In this document: positions 1 through 16,186 of the stretch, piece by piece
How positions within the stretch are numbered: position 1 is the first letter of the stretch
Layout: every line of letters begins with the position of its first letter
NCBI GenBank assembly: GCA_000165425.1
Contig: CT867985.1
Span: 806,001 to 870,000, forward strand
Origin: Paramecium tetraurelia
Lineage: Eukaryota
Direction of reading: 5' to 3'
DNA length: 64,000 nt
Translations under genes and position numbers: made by a program
The notes under the pieces: generated by a model
The model's input: the letters and a program-made list of their open reading frames with translations, nothing else
What the model was told of the DNA's origin: nothing
The model's database searches: none

Positions 1-196
1 TATAGTGAATTTTTATTTAATAATACTTCAATTTTATTTTTTATATGAATAATACTAAATAATGTTTTGATTGATTGTTAATATGCTATTTAGTTATTTG
101 TTACATTGGATGCTAAGTCTTATACAATTATATGTTGGTTAATTTGCAATTTAAATTTTGTGATTAATTTATTAATTTTGTTTTATTTTAATTCAG

Positions 197-1258
<1,062 letters not shown>

Positions 1259-1740
1259 TAATGGTGTTTCTGATTATTATAATTATATATTGTTTATAAA
1301 ATAAATTTAAGTTGAGTTATTAGTAGAATGGATTTATAAATTATAATTTCAATACAAGATTCAGTGATATTTAATAATAAAATTAACGATCAATTACACA
1401 ATATTAAACAATAAATGATATTAAGTTTTTGAGAAAAAATAGTGAAATCCTGATATTAGGGATAAACTATTGTTAGAATTTTTTTGTTAAAACTACAAAT
1501 TATGATTTTATTCCAATTGAAAAATTAAGATTTTTAGCCATTTGTAGGTCAAAAAATTTAATTTAATGAATAAAAATTAATTGAGGAGATGATGCAATTT
1601 ATAATTTATAATTGCTATCGTATGTAGTTGTAAATTTATGTAGGAGAATAAATTATTTAAAATATTATTTCTCTTCAAAAAATGGATGAAGATAAATAAA
1701 TTTTCTAATTTCAATAATTATTTACAAAATAATAATAAAT

Positions 1741-4700
1741 TCATTTTTCAATTGCTTTTTCCAGAATTACATCTTTAATGTATAATTTTATTGATCTTAT
1801 TTTTAGAATTACCTTTAATGGTATCATCAGAACCATTATTCTAGTTTTTTAGATATCTCGAATCAACTTAATTGTCAAAGGTAACCAGAATACAAAGTAC
1901 AAAATAAACAAAATGGCTTCAAATATAATAAATAAAGCTAAAAGTTGTGTTTTAGAATTATTCATATCTTAATTGATTCCTTCCTTTAATTTGAGGAACA
2001 AATACCGGAATGTAGCTATAATAATTTCATTAACTTTTACCTTTTAAATATGTACTTTACATAATTCTGAGTTCTTAAGCCTATTTAAAATTATTTAAAT
2101 TATATATGTAGTTCGTAACATTATCTTAATTTTAAGTAATATTCTTGAATACAACATTTCCTCTGACAGCATTTGAAAATGACACTTCAGGATGACCATA
2201 AAATTATTCATAGACAGTCAACAGAAATCTAATGCTCTCTATAAATCTTGCTATTCCTACAGCCATTCCTTAATCAATGGCTCCTGAAGCAAAGGTTTAA
2301 CATTCCTTCTCAGTCACTGTTTTCATTTCATTTGCAAATATTGCACATGGTTAAAGCATAAAAATTTCTTAGAAAGCGTCTACATAAATACTATTGAGAA
2401 TGTCAATATTTAGAGAGTGTTCTTGATGGAAATAAGAATCAATTTAATATAGTGCATCTATTAGGAATTTCATTAAAAAATATGGATCAACGCCAGTCAT
2501 GGGTATGTCTCTATTTAAAAATACATGTCTTTCGGAACTTTCAACAAATTTATAAAATCCTTCACAATAAGAAGTTGAATTAATCTCAGGTACCATCTGA
2601 TTTAAATTTGTGAGCATCTAACTACTTAAAAAATAAAATATGATGAAATAGCTTTGGAATAATATAGTTAGAATTAGAGTAATCAAAATTAGGTTTCTTA
2701 ATTCTTTGTTAGAATTCTTATACTTCTTCTTCTTTCTTCTTTATTTTAGAGTTCTATTCAATTCTTCTCGCTCTTCTTTTTCAAGCTCATCAAAGTCTGA
2801 TAGCATTTCATCATCTTCTCCTATTTATATATTTGATAAGAAGTTTTCACATTTAGAATATAAGAATTTAATGGTTTTGTCTGGAATATCTAAAAATAAG
2901 ACCAAAATTTCTTAGAGACCTCTGGCCATCTATATCTAAAAGAATATTAGTAATAATAAAGAGACTCCTAAAATGCCTGAGGATGTACCCAATATACTCA
3001 ATAACTCTTATCTGTTGTCAGCGGTTTTCTAAGCTAGATCTAGGGAATATTGTTGAGTTGAGTTTTATAAGTGATTGGCAAAATCATTAAAAAGATTATA
3101 TGTCAAAAACCTGTAGTCTTCATCTTATGTTGTCATAGAGGCTAATTACTTGTCTCTAATGATGAGAGCTTTACTCAATAATTGTTGCATTGCTTATACT
3201 AAATCGTACTTTTGAAATACTCCATCGCTGACCATCATAGTTACAACATTTTCAGTATACAATTCCTTAAGCTATGCATTATCATTTTCACTATTCAGAG
3301 TTAAGATTGTATTAATCTAATTGATTGTATTTATAGTATCATTTATCATCTTTCTCTAATCTTTCTCGTATTAGGCACTTTCAGCTTCGGATGTAAATAT
3401 CCAGATTCCTATTTATTGCATTTATAAGTTTTGCATAGGTGCCATAATATTGAAAAATTCAGCATTTCTAATTCCAACTTATTAAACAAGGTAAAGTTAT
3501 TCACTTATTTTATTGTATTGTTGATTTGTCAAGAAGAATGCAACAAATGATAAAGTTACAATTGATAGCATTTCTAAGTTCATAGTCCAATTAAGTTTGG
3601 TAATGACTTTGGGAGTTTTCTAAATGTTAATGAGTTGGAGAAGATTTGTTCGTGACCTAAAGACATTCACATTATCATTTGCTCCTACTTCGATTGAATC
3701 ATTATCAATTTTTTGGAAAACACTTGATTTTCCTGAATCTTCATCTTCAGAAATGACATCATCTCTATCATCAATATCTTAGATTTTATTTTCAAATAGT
3801 CTGAGAGTCTTGATACCATCATCTAACTTTTAAGAATGTGACAGTATTTGCAAATCATCACTTTTTTCTGTTGATGGTTTCTGATTCTCCATTCCAAGAT
3901 TGGATGTTAATTATGAACTTTGATCTTGTTAATCCCAATTCACAGACTGGTCAACTCTTTATGAATTGAGTTCATTTCCAACTTCTGCTACAAAAGTCAT
4001 GATTTTAGGATTGAATTTAAATTACATCTAATTGTAAACTAGTTATTCAGTTTATTGTTTTTCTGCTAATAAACTCATATTCTATTGGGTTCCAAATGAT
4101 TTTTCATTTTAAATTAGTTCTAACTTAATAGAGTAGCCTACAAGTTGCTTTTCAAAATCTTTAATTTCTGCCATATTGCATTAGTAAATCTGACAGAACC
4201 TATCTGATTTTTATTTTTCAGTTTGTTATTCTGATGATAACTATTATGATGGTGATTTAGTTTGTTAAAGAGAATTGTAAAATTTGATGGGGGCTCCTTA
4301 TTTAGTAAAAAATGAGTTAAATTAATCTTAGAATTGAGGAAAGAGATCGTTGATATAGATCTTGTTATGAGTAATCAATTTGTTATCAATGCCTAATAAT
4401 GAGAAGCAGGAAGCTGAGATAGATTCAATAATCTTTTCAGTATCTGTCAAAATATAACAAATTGGTTTAAATTATTTGATCAATTTGAATTATCCAACTA
4501 TCATAGTGGAATCATCATATGATTATAGCATTCTAATGTTCAAAAAACTAGGCATAATATAATTGTGCTTCTGCTTGACAAAGATGTATCTATCGACATT
4601 AAAAACACTTGAAACGTTTAGAGTCATAAACTTCTCTATGTATTTATCATGGAACTTCGCAAATATATTTGGCATGATTAATGTAATCTTTTTATTCAGT

Positions 4701-6719
4701 ATTTCCGATTTATTGTAAGCTAACACATTACAACAAGCCTTATTGAGATTTGTGATTTAAGAGAACTTATCAACTGTTGTTGCAATCACTATTGTTGGAA
4801 AGGCCTCAAGACCTATGTCTTCTGCATTGATAAAGGATGCTGTTGCTTTATTCCTATTGAAATTGACTTACTATTAGATGAGCCTAGATTTTTCTAGTAA
4901 TTCTTCTCCTTGTTCTTTATCTTGGAGGACTTCTATTTGAAATTTTCCATATAAGCGAAGGGCCTTTGTTAAATTGGTGCTTTATTTTTGCATTTTCTTC
5001 CATAGATCCTCTATTTAAACAATTGAATTGTTTATTTTTTATCCGAGTTCATTCAATTTGCTCAGATCAGGAAAGTCTTCTTGCAACAATGACCAGAAAT
5101 CCATATGCAACAGAGAGGATCTTTCGATATATCTTTATAATGATTTATAGTTATTTTGGAACTATAATTCGTTACCAAGATCGAAACTGCCATATCCCTC
5201 ATTAGAATTTAATTCGTCTTCTATTAATTTTTTAAATCTGTAAATAATGAACTCTTCATCGAACTTAGGAAATAATTATTCGATTGCTTGAAATTCAATC
5301 AAGGCATTCTGTTTTTATTTCATTTTCTCATACATATAAATAGCAAATCTTAATCTCAATTTGATACTATTTTAAAACTTTTTTGTTTAATTCAAGTACG
5401 TTTAATATAATACTATACATAGATCTACATCTCTCTCTTATAAATTGCTGTCGTTTAGGCCAATTTTGTTTCTTCTATAATTCGGTAACCCCTTCAACTT
5501 TAGATGGCAATCTTCTCTTACACAAGTGATCTTGTGATGATCCAAAAAACCGTCAATGACTAAACCTGAGGTTTGATCGTTTTAACTCTCGTATTGCAGT
5601 TACAATAGAAAATTAGTCAAATTATAAATTTATTAAGGAGACTAGCAAGTGGCCATGTTTGTCATTAGAATTTCATATTATTCGTTCTGGGGACGAAGTA
5701 AGGTTATTATTAATAAAGGCAGTCCTCCCATCCAAGAAAATATGACTCCAAAAAATAGAACTCCCTCAAGATATTTAGCAAAACAAAGCATAGAGACACC
5801 CCATAGATGGAATGTGACCAACATTGAATAGGATTTCTGAATTACGTGATTGTTGTATGGTTTTTCAACATGAAAACACCAAAACACAAGGAAACTGCCT
5901 ATTAACATTATTAGAATATGAACATACTCATAGAGCTTGTCATTCATATAAGTGTAACATATAACCATTACCAATTCATATAATAACAAATAAGTTGTGC
6001 ATTTGCTTTGCTTTTTTGAATTTAAATTTTATGGCAAATAGTTGACTTCATAATACACCATTGAGAATAGTAAAGTGATAGAACTAAAGAGTATTACAGC
6101 TAAGATGGCCACTATTCCATGTACAATATGTACATTGGCCCAACATTGCACATCAAATAGATAATGCTGAAAGTCTCCAGAGTCATCCTAATAGCAGGCT
6201 AACATAGCCAAGAAGACATCAACAAAGGGGAGGAATAAGATTGACAAAAAAAATTCGATCAGTGTTCTGAGAATAACGATTGCCCAAGTAAAGCTTTGAT
6301 TTTGTTTATTCGAATAAAAACCGATTACGCATATAAGCATGAGAGATATCAAGAATAGTGACAAGCAAACGTACATGAGAACAACAAAATATGAGAAACT
6401 GTCTTTATCAAAATAAGGGGTAATCATAAAATAACTAATATATGTAAAATTATTACTTGAAAAAACTATGTAATGGGCGTGACACTGTTGTCACCTGCCA
6501 TATTTTCCAAATTTATCGATTAAATAAGATAGCATTCAACTACATATATTAAATGAGTCTCATCAGTAGCTGAAATATCACTGATTGAGACTCAATCTTT
6601 AACATCAATGTGACTATCTTGAAGATCAGTTGTTTCATTTCCAATGTTAATTTATCAACAAATGATCCTTCGTTGTCTAACTAAGTTTATGCATTGTTGT
6701 AATTTGATTTTGATTCCAT
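1741..6719 (-). CDS. Large multi-TM protein with PAS domain (TmcB/TmcC-like)
   Basis: N-terminal multi-TM region, PAS-like segment NKACCNVLAYNKSEILNKKITLIMPNIFAKFHDKYI (~4500-4760), C-terminal TMs; several tiny introns; TGA at 1741. Confidence 0.75.
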
Positions 6720-6866
6720 GAATAGTTTAATTTTTAAAATATTAGCACATTTTATTTGAAAAGAAAGAATCTAACTCAATTAATCTTGTATATTCAATTA
6801 ATTTTTATTCTCAGTAAATAAATGAATTGAAAACACAAATTATGACGAAGATTTTATGTAAACTAA

Positions 6867-7540
6867 TCACCTAGTGAAAAACTTTCCTCCTTCTATATTC
6901 CTGGAATACCCTGGATTGGTACATTTCGAATGAGTATCGTTGAATATGTAGGGGGATTTGCCAACACCAGGTAGGTAATAACTATAATAAACATAATTCA
7001 GAATTACTGATTGAATTTGTATTACTTTAATAATTTTAATTTCTTAAGATCCTAAACTTTTTCCAATAGGCCCTTTTGTTTTGAAATAAGATCTTGATTT
7101 TATACAATCTCTTCAATAATGCATTGTTCCTTCACTGACTGAGGAGTTAAATCAGTTCGTTGACTTAAATTCCTATTCCTTTCAGAACCTTTGAAACTTG
7201 TGTTTTTGTATAATCCCTTATTTGAACTAACTGATTGTTAAATTGGTTCTTTCTTTGAGGATGAAATGTATTAGACAGTTTTATCAATCTTTGCTTAATA
7301 TTATTGATGTTTTTGTAACTATTCAAAAAATGCCATTTTTTTATTATTCTCAGGGTCCAGATATTTGTTTCTAATCTAGTTTTTTGTTTTATCCTTATTT
7401 CTTTATGTGAAAGGATAAACAATTCTTTCTTGAGATGCTCCATTTAAATAATATAAATTAGTCTAATCAATTGGATCTTCGAAATTCTAAAGTGTTGGCA
7501 AAGTTGGATTGTGAATTAGTGGATGATTTTAGGCTCTCAT
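6867..7540 (-). CDS. Hypothetical protein (~215 aa)
   Basis: ATG 7540, 26-nt intron 6982-7007, ends KSPYIFNDTHSKCTNPGYSRNIEGGKFFTR-TGA. Confidence 0.65.
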
Positions 7541-7575
7541 TAAATTGATTTATATATATTAAAAGATTAATTAAT

Positions 7576-9527
7576 TCATTTCAGCAGATCAGATAAAATA
7601 TCTTACGCATCCAACACTGTTTATTTGGCTTCACTCATGCCATTAATAACATCAAATGATAAAAACCCATGAGGCATAGACTAATATTCAATTAATCTAG
7701 CATCTCTATTCAATTGTATCAATCTCTATAGCAACCGAAAACTCTCGTCGTGCAAAGGATCATAAGTTCCAACCTATATCCTCGTCTTAGGAAACCTCTT
7801 CAGAATATCGTCATTAGCTTTAGACGGGGATAACATTGGATCCAAATTCGGATTGAATTCCTTTTAAATATATGACTTTAAACATAACTTCAAAACCGTA
7901 TGGTGAAGCACTTATATAGAAAAAACAATTATACACGAATCATCCAAGGATACTAAAAAACTCGGAGTGAATTGCTTTATGTCCAAAGATAACGCAGGAT
8001 AAGCCAACAATACACCATCAGGTACTCTAACGCCTGCTTTTATGGCTTAAATAGTCAATGCAGCAACTAGATTGCCTCCTGCACTATCCCCCACTAATAC
8101 AACCTTATTTGGAACTACGTTATAATATTATTCAATGAATGTTAAAATAAACATATAGGCTTACCAACAGTCATCCAGTCCTGCAGGATAAGGATGATTT
8201 GGTGCCATTCTGTAATCTATTGAGAAGATGGGTACTTTCAAAGCATTGGCCCATTTTCTTGTGTATGTTTAATGTGATCTAGAAGACATAGCTACAAAAC
8301 CGCCTCCATCTATATAAATTTAAGATATATTAATTTACGTATGTGAATAATAATTTTATCAAAAACAGTATCATTCTTTATTATTTATCCTACAAATTGC
8401 TATAACAACGATTGCTTCTTTGGCTTTAAGATCTCATGACACAGAATTCTAACTTGTACTCTATCTGAACTTTCCTTTTTAGTCAATAAATCTTCTAAAG
8501 TAATCCTATTTTCTGGGTAAAATAGGCCGCAATCATTATTAATTTTATTGATTGTGGATCTTTTATATTGGTTTAGAATATATTCAGATGAAATACATCT
8601 AAAATATCTTGGAATATAAATCTTCTAGTTAAATTTAATGAAAGGAAACACAGCTGGCAAGAGCATTTTGACAAGACCTTGTTCAGGAAGATTCCAAGCC
8701 TTAAAAACCTCTTCCTTTTTAGGATCTGCTAGAAAATGATTTGCTCTACTTTTCATTTTTTATTTATTCAAAGCATAAAATACAAAGCCCAATCCTTACA
8801 TAAATTATTGTTTTATTTATCCCTCATATTCAGATCCTTTGGATATCATAGCATTTGCCAGAAGAATACCCTCACACACTTTGTCATAAGATTATCTTAC
8901 TTATTCATGATCAGCTAATTATTTAATTTCTATATGGTTTTTTAATTGTTGCCAAAATAAATGTTACTAATTAAGAGAAAATAAGTCATCCTACATTACA
9001 CTAGTAGCACCAGGTAATATTTCTATACAGGATTATAATTTAGAGCAATAGATAGAGAATTTTCTATTTTGCTATTTATCTTGATTAGGAAATTTATTTA
9101 GAATTTCTAAAATTTTATTCAAGATGAAATGGTTTAAATAATCAAGAACCATATTGGTTGTATTTTAATTTATTGAGTTGTAGGATTGGGCTTAATTGTA
9201 ATTTTAATGTCTCTAATGAATTCCGAATTCTTTTAATTCTATCAAGGAATATATTTATTCGATTTGCATTAATCCTTCTGATGCAATTGTAATTAATTAC
9301 AGAATCTTTTTAGATACATCTTCTTTGGTGTTTTGTTTATTGAGGATATTTTAGGATAATCCCAACATCTGATTGAGCATTGTAATAGAACTTTAAAGAT
9401 TCTAGTAGAATTTATCTTTAACTACTGTTGTTTGTAGATTGAGATGATGTTCTGAAGGAACAACATCAATTTCTTCATTCGATTCCGAACTAAAATTGAA
9501 TAGGCTATCATTATTTATAAATTGCAT
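7576..9527 (-). CDS. Hormone-sensitive lipase family alpha/beta hydrolase
   Basis: IIHIHGGGF (split by intron ~8310-8338), [37 protein letters not shown]. Confidence 0.9.
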
Positions 9528-9856
9528 ATTTATTTATTAATGTAATTGTTTGCAAAATTTTATTGATATAATTTTAGTAAGAAATATGAAGAACAATAAT
9601 TAATATTTGAAGAAAATAAAATACATTAGAATTGAGTACTAAATTTATTGTATTATTCATCAAAAGTGCAATAGAAATTGACTTTGATTTTATGAAATTG
9701 GTTCTTAAAGTCTCAATATTTTAGTTTTTACAAATATCAATATGATAAGTTTATCTACAATTGCGGAGTTTAAGATATTGGGTTAAAAGTGAAAATTTTT
9801 GTGAATAAATTTCTGATTATTAAAATACCTTAATTTGCTGTGAGATTTCTAGGTCA

Positions 9857-12800
9857 ATGAAGTCTTAACTCAATAAAGGGAAAGCAGAACTGACTAGGTC
9901 TAACTATCTGAAAAAATTACAAAATCTTTAAATTTCATTCACTACTCTTCCAAATAGTGCACAATAGGTTAAAACACCAAATGTTTCCATAAACAATAAT
10001 TCTTTCAAAATTTTATCATAATAAACCACTCCTAAAACTGTTCAAGAAAATAATTTCTTTAGTAGTCGGGATTAAGATGTTAATGAATTAAAAAAATAAC
10101 ATGTGCGCACACAATCTCAAATTGAGGGTTTGCTTTTGAGAACCTAATTAGTTGAAACAGCTAGATAAAGAACAGCCTCTACTTTTATTAAGAAGCCTAA
10201 AGCTGAGGTTAAGCCTGCTAAGGTATATAGAATAATCTAGTAAATGAATTAAGAAGATGAATTGAGAAAACAAGAAAAATAAAAAAAAATGCAGCTGATG
10301 CAATAAGTGGAGATGGAGAAAAAAGAAAAGGAAAAGCTAAATCAATAAAGAGAATCCACTCCTAAAATTAATTCTCTTACATCAATTTTATCTAAAAAAT
10401 CCAATGCTGCTAAATATAAATTATTAAAAGTTAGCCTTAATGTAATAGAAAAATCGAAAGAAAAAAATTAACTGGAGTCAGTCGGAGAAGATTTCCAATA
10501 ACTGTCTTAGAACACAAAAATAAGAGAAAAATAAACAGATACCATTTTTAAAATATCCACTATCATTACAGCTTTGATGTTTTAGCGACTTCACTCTAAA
10601 ATAACATCTCCTAAATTGGCGCGACTTGTAGCAAAACATTATTTGAGTCTTATTAACTATAGAAAAATTGAGGAAAGATTGTTAGCTTTAACTTCAAATC
10701 CCTCGATGAAATATATCCAAAATGTATTACATGAAGATGATGTTTTAAGTAATGCGATAAAGGTGGCTTAAGTTAGAGAAATACAAAGAAGATTGAATGA
10801 AGGACTTTCATAAAGAAGAAAAGCTTCAAAAATCATATTCTAAAAAAAGTCTAGTAGAGAATTAAGAGCTGAAGATATTTTCTCAGAGAAAGTATTAAAA
10901 AGAGTCAGATTTATTTAAATGTGTTTTAGAATGAAGGTCTTTAAGGTCAATAAAAGAACTATTGCTAGTTCTAAACCTATTGAGAAGGCAAGAAAATCTA
11001 CAAAAGTAAGAGCATTCAAAAGAAGACTTGGAGATATTATATTTATGAGTGAAAATGTTCCAGTGTTTCAACTGTAATAGGAGAAGAAAGAGTAGGAAGA
11101 CAAGGAGAAAGAAAAAGAGAAGCTCTAATTAGAGGCAAAGAAGGAAAATCTTGGAGTTTTTGGAATGCTTTGGAAGGCTTAAAATAAATTTAAAAATTTT
11201 TGTAGACATCCAGGCTTAAAAATTCCATCAAAAACTTGCGATGATTGGGTCAAATATATTTAAACTTTATATTATCCTAGTTTCAGATACATTTCTGTTT
11301 TTTATAGAAACATTGTAGTTTGGTCAGTGTCTTATTATGATGTAACTTATGATAAGAGTTGTATTGCTCTATTCTTCAAAGGAGAAGGTCGTCAGTAATA
11401 TCATTTTCGTTTAGATATTCCACTTGTCACTATGCCTGACTTTGAAGTTAATAAGAATTGTAACACTGTTTGGCCTACAGTGAAGGATTACATGCTCATA
11501 TATTTAAGATAGAAGGGACAGTTGGCTTTATTGAATAAGGACCATCTCCCATCAGCAAAAGTGTATAAGACCTCTTTTATTTAAGGACTCTCTCTTAAGT
11601 CAAGAAGAAAACTCACTGAACTTGACATCTAATCGATTGTTGAAACCTAAAAAATTATCACTTATCTGCAAAACAATCAAATAGTAAAAATAAAAAAGAA
11701 GATAGGAACTACATATGATTTATTACCATAGTTATCTGAGACAATTGACTCAGATTTGATTAAATAATACATCATTAATTTACCTATGATTAGATTAATA
11801 CTTATTGACATTTTAGTTTTGGAGTAAAAATTATTAGAAAACAAAAGAAAATTAACTTAGGACATTTAGAACCTTTCAAAAGAATATGTAGCTTATATTC
11901 AAACAAATAAAGAAACACTGAATTAAATATTGCAATTCCGATTCTTACATAACAATAGTGAATTTTTCAATGATCAATTGATATCAAAAATAAATCAATA
12001 AGAAACCAAAAAGATATTCATTCAGTCTTGTTTCGTAGATATTAATGAAATATTAGTACAATCAAATGATGCACTATTGGGATAAGTAAGTAAAACATGT
12101 TAATTGAGTATTCATTTATGTTATAATGGTAATGTAGTATTAGACAAATTGCTATTAGATGTGGATAGAATGAGACCAAGGTATTCACTTCATAATGAAT
12201 CAACATAATTATTTTCAATCAATACTTAAACTTTACAATGGTTATTTGATACATCTAAATTTTAATTATAAATTGAAGCATTATTATTTGAAAAAGACAA
12301 ATAAAACACAGATTAATATTTCTATTAGACTAATCTATATAGAAGAAAAAACGAAAGAATCTTTTAGCCTCTAAGCATTAGTGTTTTTCATTTTGAGAAA
12401 TTAGCTCTTGCAGTTAAGGAAATAATGGATAGTTCAATTTTTGATCATTTTGAAATTAATTAAATTTTGAAGAATCTGATATTCGAAAGAGCAAATTATT
12501 CGGTAATAATCAACTTAATATTAAATCATTTGATTACTCTAAATTTTAAAAATAGACAAGTTACCTTAAAAGCCTAATATCAACACATACTTTCATCTAA
12601 CCTAAATTTTATTGAGAAAATGGATCATCACAGTTTGTATAATACAACTTAAACATATTTGAAATATAGCATATATCCTCATGAGGAGAAAGACTTAAGG
12701 AAAATGAAGGAAACTCGAGAAACTTAATCTAAATTTGAATATCACTCAATTTTCGATTAATAATTTTAACAGATTGATTAGATTGAACTCAAACCAGAAT

Positions 12801-15390
12801 ATACTTCTAAGTAATTGGAAGTAGCCTAGGAATACAATTATGACTAAAAACAAATCTTTTGGTCGTAAGGTGTCAAAAGGTTTGATACATTCCAACATCC
12901 CAATCTGGTAGTTGTTCGGCTGAGAGATAAATTTATCATTGTAATTATGTCATAATAAAGAGTAAGGATGATCAATATAACTACGTTGAGATAACCTTTG
13001 ATATTGGATTCAAATAATGCGCGTATTTTCCTTAATAGTTGTAAGTACACCTAATAAAAGCAATACCAGAAGTTATCTCTATATAGAAGATTGTTTATTA
13101 TTCTATTGAAGGAAAACTGCTTTTTAAGAATCAGAATGGAGAAATTCAATTGTACCATTAGAGCATCCCTCCCGAATTACAGTAAGATTAAGGCGTATCT
13201 ACTATCGGATTCAAAAGAATTAGTTAATTATCTAAATCGTTTGGATTTCACTTTTACTTTTGAAACCATTAATAAAGCAAAATGTTATGCGAATGTTAAG
13301 GTTTTCTATTTAGGTAGGCAAGAATCATATTACTCTACAAAATATGAATAAATTTATAAGTTTGATGGTGAGAACTTGTTTATCAGTCTCCAGATTCATG
13401 AATTTGACTCAAAGTTAAAGAAATATATTCTAATATTCAATAAATTTGACATTGAACAGAGATTTGAAATTTATAACTATTTCTCACCCAATTTAATTTA
13501 TTAATGGTGTTAAGAGTTTGTTGTGAATTTAAAATTTGATAAAAAGTTTCTATATAAAACCCCTTTTTCAGTCATGTAAATAATTAAATCATACCAAGAT
13601 ATAAAACTAGCCTCCTTTTGGATTGCTAAAAGATCATAAAAATGCATCCTTAATGAATATTAGAGAGTTCATTCGTATGATTATAGTCTGGCTAAATAGT
13701 TTTTAAGTTAAAGATACAAGATCTTCAGAGTAATAGCTCATTACATAGAGAAGTTTTATGTGGTGAAACAAAACAATCAAATAACACTTTTAAATGAATG
13801 CATGTTTCTTCAATTTAAGAATTACAAATTGATTAAGGTCGAATTCGTAATAATTACAATACAAGCTCATACAGTATTGGATCTTGTTTAAATCATCTAT
13901 TATTTTCCAAAAAGCAAAAAAAGATTGATGACCAATATTAATTTAATTTAAATTTAAGAAATGGATTTTAGTTTAGGTATGATATTCTAATTATTGAATG
14001 TTACTGAGTTTACTACTTTCAATGATATAACTAGTCAAGTTGATGAAATACAAAGAGGATCACTTAAATATAGGAGAAGCTCCAAATTAAATAGTTAAGT
14101 GATGACAAAATTGCATATTATGAGACAATCTATTGATGTATCTTAGCTTAGTTTCAGGACTGGAAAAATCAAAAGAAGACAAGGATTTGTGCACAGACTT
14201 CTTAAATTAATATCAAAACAAAAGTTATCAATTAAGCCATTGGAAAGAATGAGGATATGTGCTAAAAAGTATTGTAGATCATTGATTTTACGAGATAATT
14301 AAATAGTGGTGATAGAAAGAATGACAAACGCTACTTATTAGAGATAATGTTTTGGAAATTGATGTAATAGCAAGTATTTTAATTATCAGTTCGTAAAGAA
14401 AAGAGGTAACTCAAAAGTTACATCAGTTTATTTGATAGATTAGTAGAACTATTTGACAATGAATCAAACAAGAAATATAGAATTATAGGAAAAGAGTACT
14501 TAGAAAAAAAGTAAACGGATGAAAATATCAGGTATAACTACAAAGTATAATCGGAGTGCAGAAATTTGTATAGGGATCTCATATTAGAATAAGAAATATA
14601 TATGACTCAGAACTTAAATTTTGGTAAGACTCCCTTTGTAATTAAGTGTAATCTAAATGAGATCTCAATCTTAGAGTATCTGTGTACGAAATAATTTCGG
14701 AGTGACAATGGAAGTAGAGGATATATTGAGTATTTCTTAGAGAAGAAATAGAAGTAAAAGGGAATTGATTTGTTTGATCCTGCAAAACCTATTCTTTATT
14801 CAGCATCATCCAGTTACAATATTTATTTGAGGTACTATTGTTTGGCAAATTATCAATACAAAGATTTAAGGATAAACCTTAGAGAAATAATGAATTAGTT
14901 AGTTACAGACGGTCTCTATAAATCATAATCTAATTATATGAATAGCAAAATTAATCTTAGTGACATAATCGAAATGTGTCACTATCTGACTCAAAAAATT
15001 AAAACATAAAACTACCTTAATCTAGCTCGATTGTCACAAATTTAGATTAATCAATTACCAGAAATCTAATAGCACATCATCTCTGAATGTGATGATTAAT
15101 TATCCAAGGAAACTAAGCAAAAATCAGGAGATGGCTTTGTATGTACTCAAGTCATTCGGAACAAGAAAAATCATTCTATTTATCAATACTAATTATTCTA
15201 AACTACAAGAAAGGTTATTATCAATAAATACGAAATGAGATAAGACTATTTTGAATAGAAAGAGTTCACTTATGCTCAATTAACATAGTATGTCCATAAT
15301 TTTACATATCTAATCAAAGCAAAATTATACTATTTAGCTTTGAAAAGATTTTCTTAATGTTACATAGAATTGCAGAAAATTAATTAATGA
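9857..15390 (+). CDS. Very large hypothetical protein (~1,830 aa), one IQ-like motif
   Basis: Long TGA-free frame from ATG 9857; 20-nt intron 14138-14157 restores frame to TGA 15388-15390; FIQMCFRMK at ~10910-10940. Confidence 0.7.
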
Positions 15391-15406
15391 TTATTTATAT
15401 AAATTA

Positions 15407-15949
15407 ATGAATTATGAATTTTCAGTTAATGGCCAAAAGGTGAGTATTCTAAACACTGCTAAATCCCTTTTGGATTGTCATCTACTTAGACATTAATATA
15501 ATAGATCTTAAAAGTATACTCCAATTAAGAAAGTCTAGAATTTTCAATTTGCCCTAAATTCTCTAAGTCAAACATAAACATCCTGTCAGCTATCAACCAA
15601 TCGATCGAAGCGCACTCTCTAGAGTTCTCAAAAAAGTAGAAGAGAAAAGAGGTTTGTTCCAAGTGAATTAAGTTAAAATTTGGAATTCATAGAAAAACTA
15701 CCGAAAAGCAATTAATCATCCATTCAAAGATTAAATTCACCCACTTAGCATGTTCCAAATCTTTAATTCAATCTTAATTATCATTTAAGATAGTTAAAAT
15801 TTAAGTAATAATCATAAAAGGACCAATTTTGGTAAGATTTCTCAATAACTCCTACTCCTAGAGGATTTACAAATAGAGTATATAAGATTAAAAAGAATGA
15901 TCCAAAATTGTAGTTTTACATGGACTGCTCCAAACGTGTAAATGAATGA
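15407..15949 (+). CDS. Small basic hypothetical protein
   Basis: MNYEFSVNGQKVSIL...; probable 21-nt intron ~15652-15672; TGA 15947. Confidence 0.55.
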
Positions 15950-16186
15950 ATATTTATTTGAAAAAATATTATTAATTTTACAAATTTTCAATTAGTGATT
16001 ATTATACATAAAACATAATTATCTATATTGATTGTCTTGAACTAGATTGAAGAATTCTAATTGAAAATAAAATAACTTAATAATCTGTAAGTAGTGAGGT
16101 AAGATTTACTTAATTCTGATTAGAACTAGACTAAAATTTGTTGATATCCTTATATTAGCATTTATAAATATTATTTATTGATTATT

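Noticed and set aside
7165..7443. 92-aa ORF MEHLKKELF in the track
   Set aside because: Alternative frame; the frame from ATG 7540 joins the intron and terminal exon correctly
14340..14365. Apparent in-frame TGA (possible selenocysteine or readthrough) in the giant gene
   Set aside because: A 20-nt intron at 14138-14157 shifts the frame and removes it
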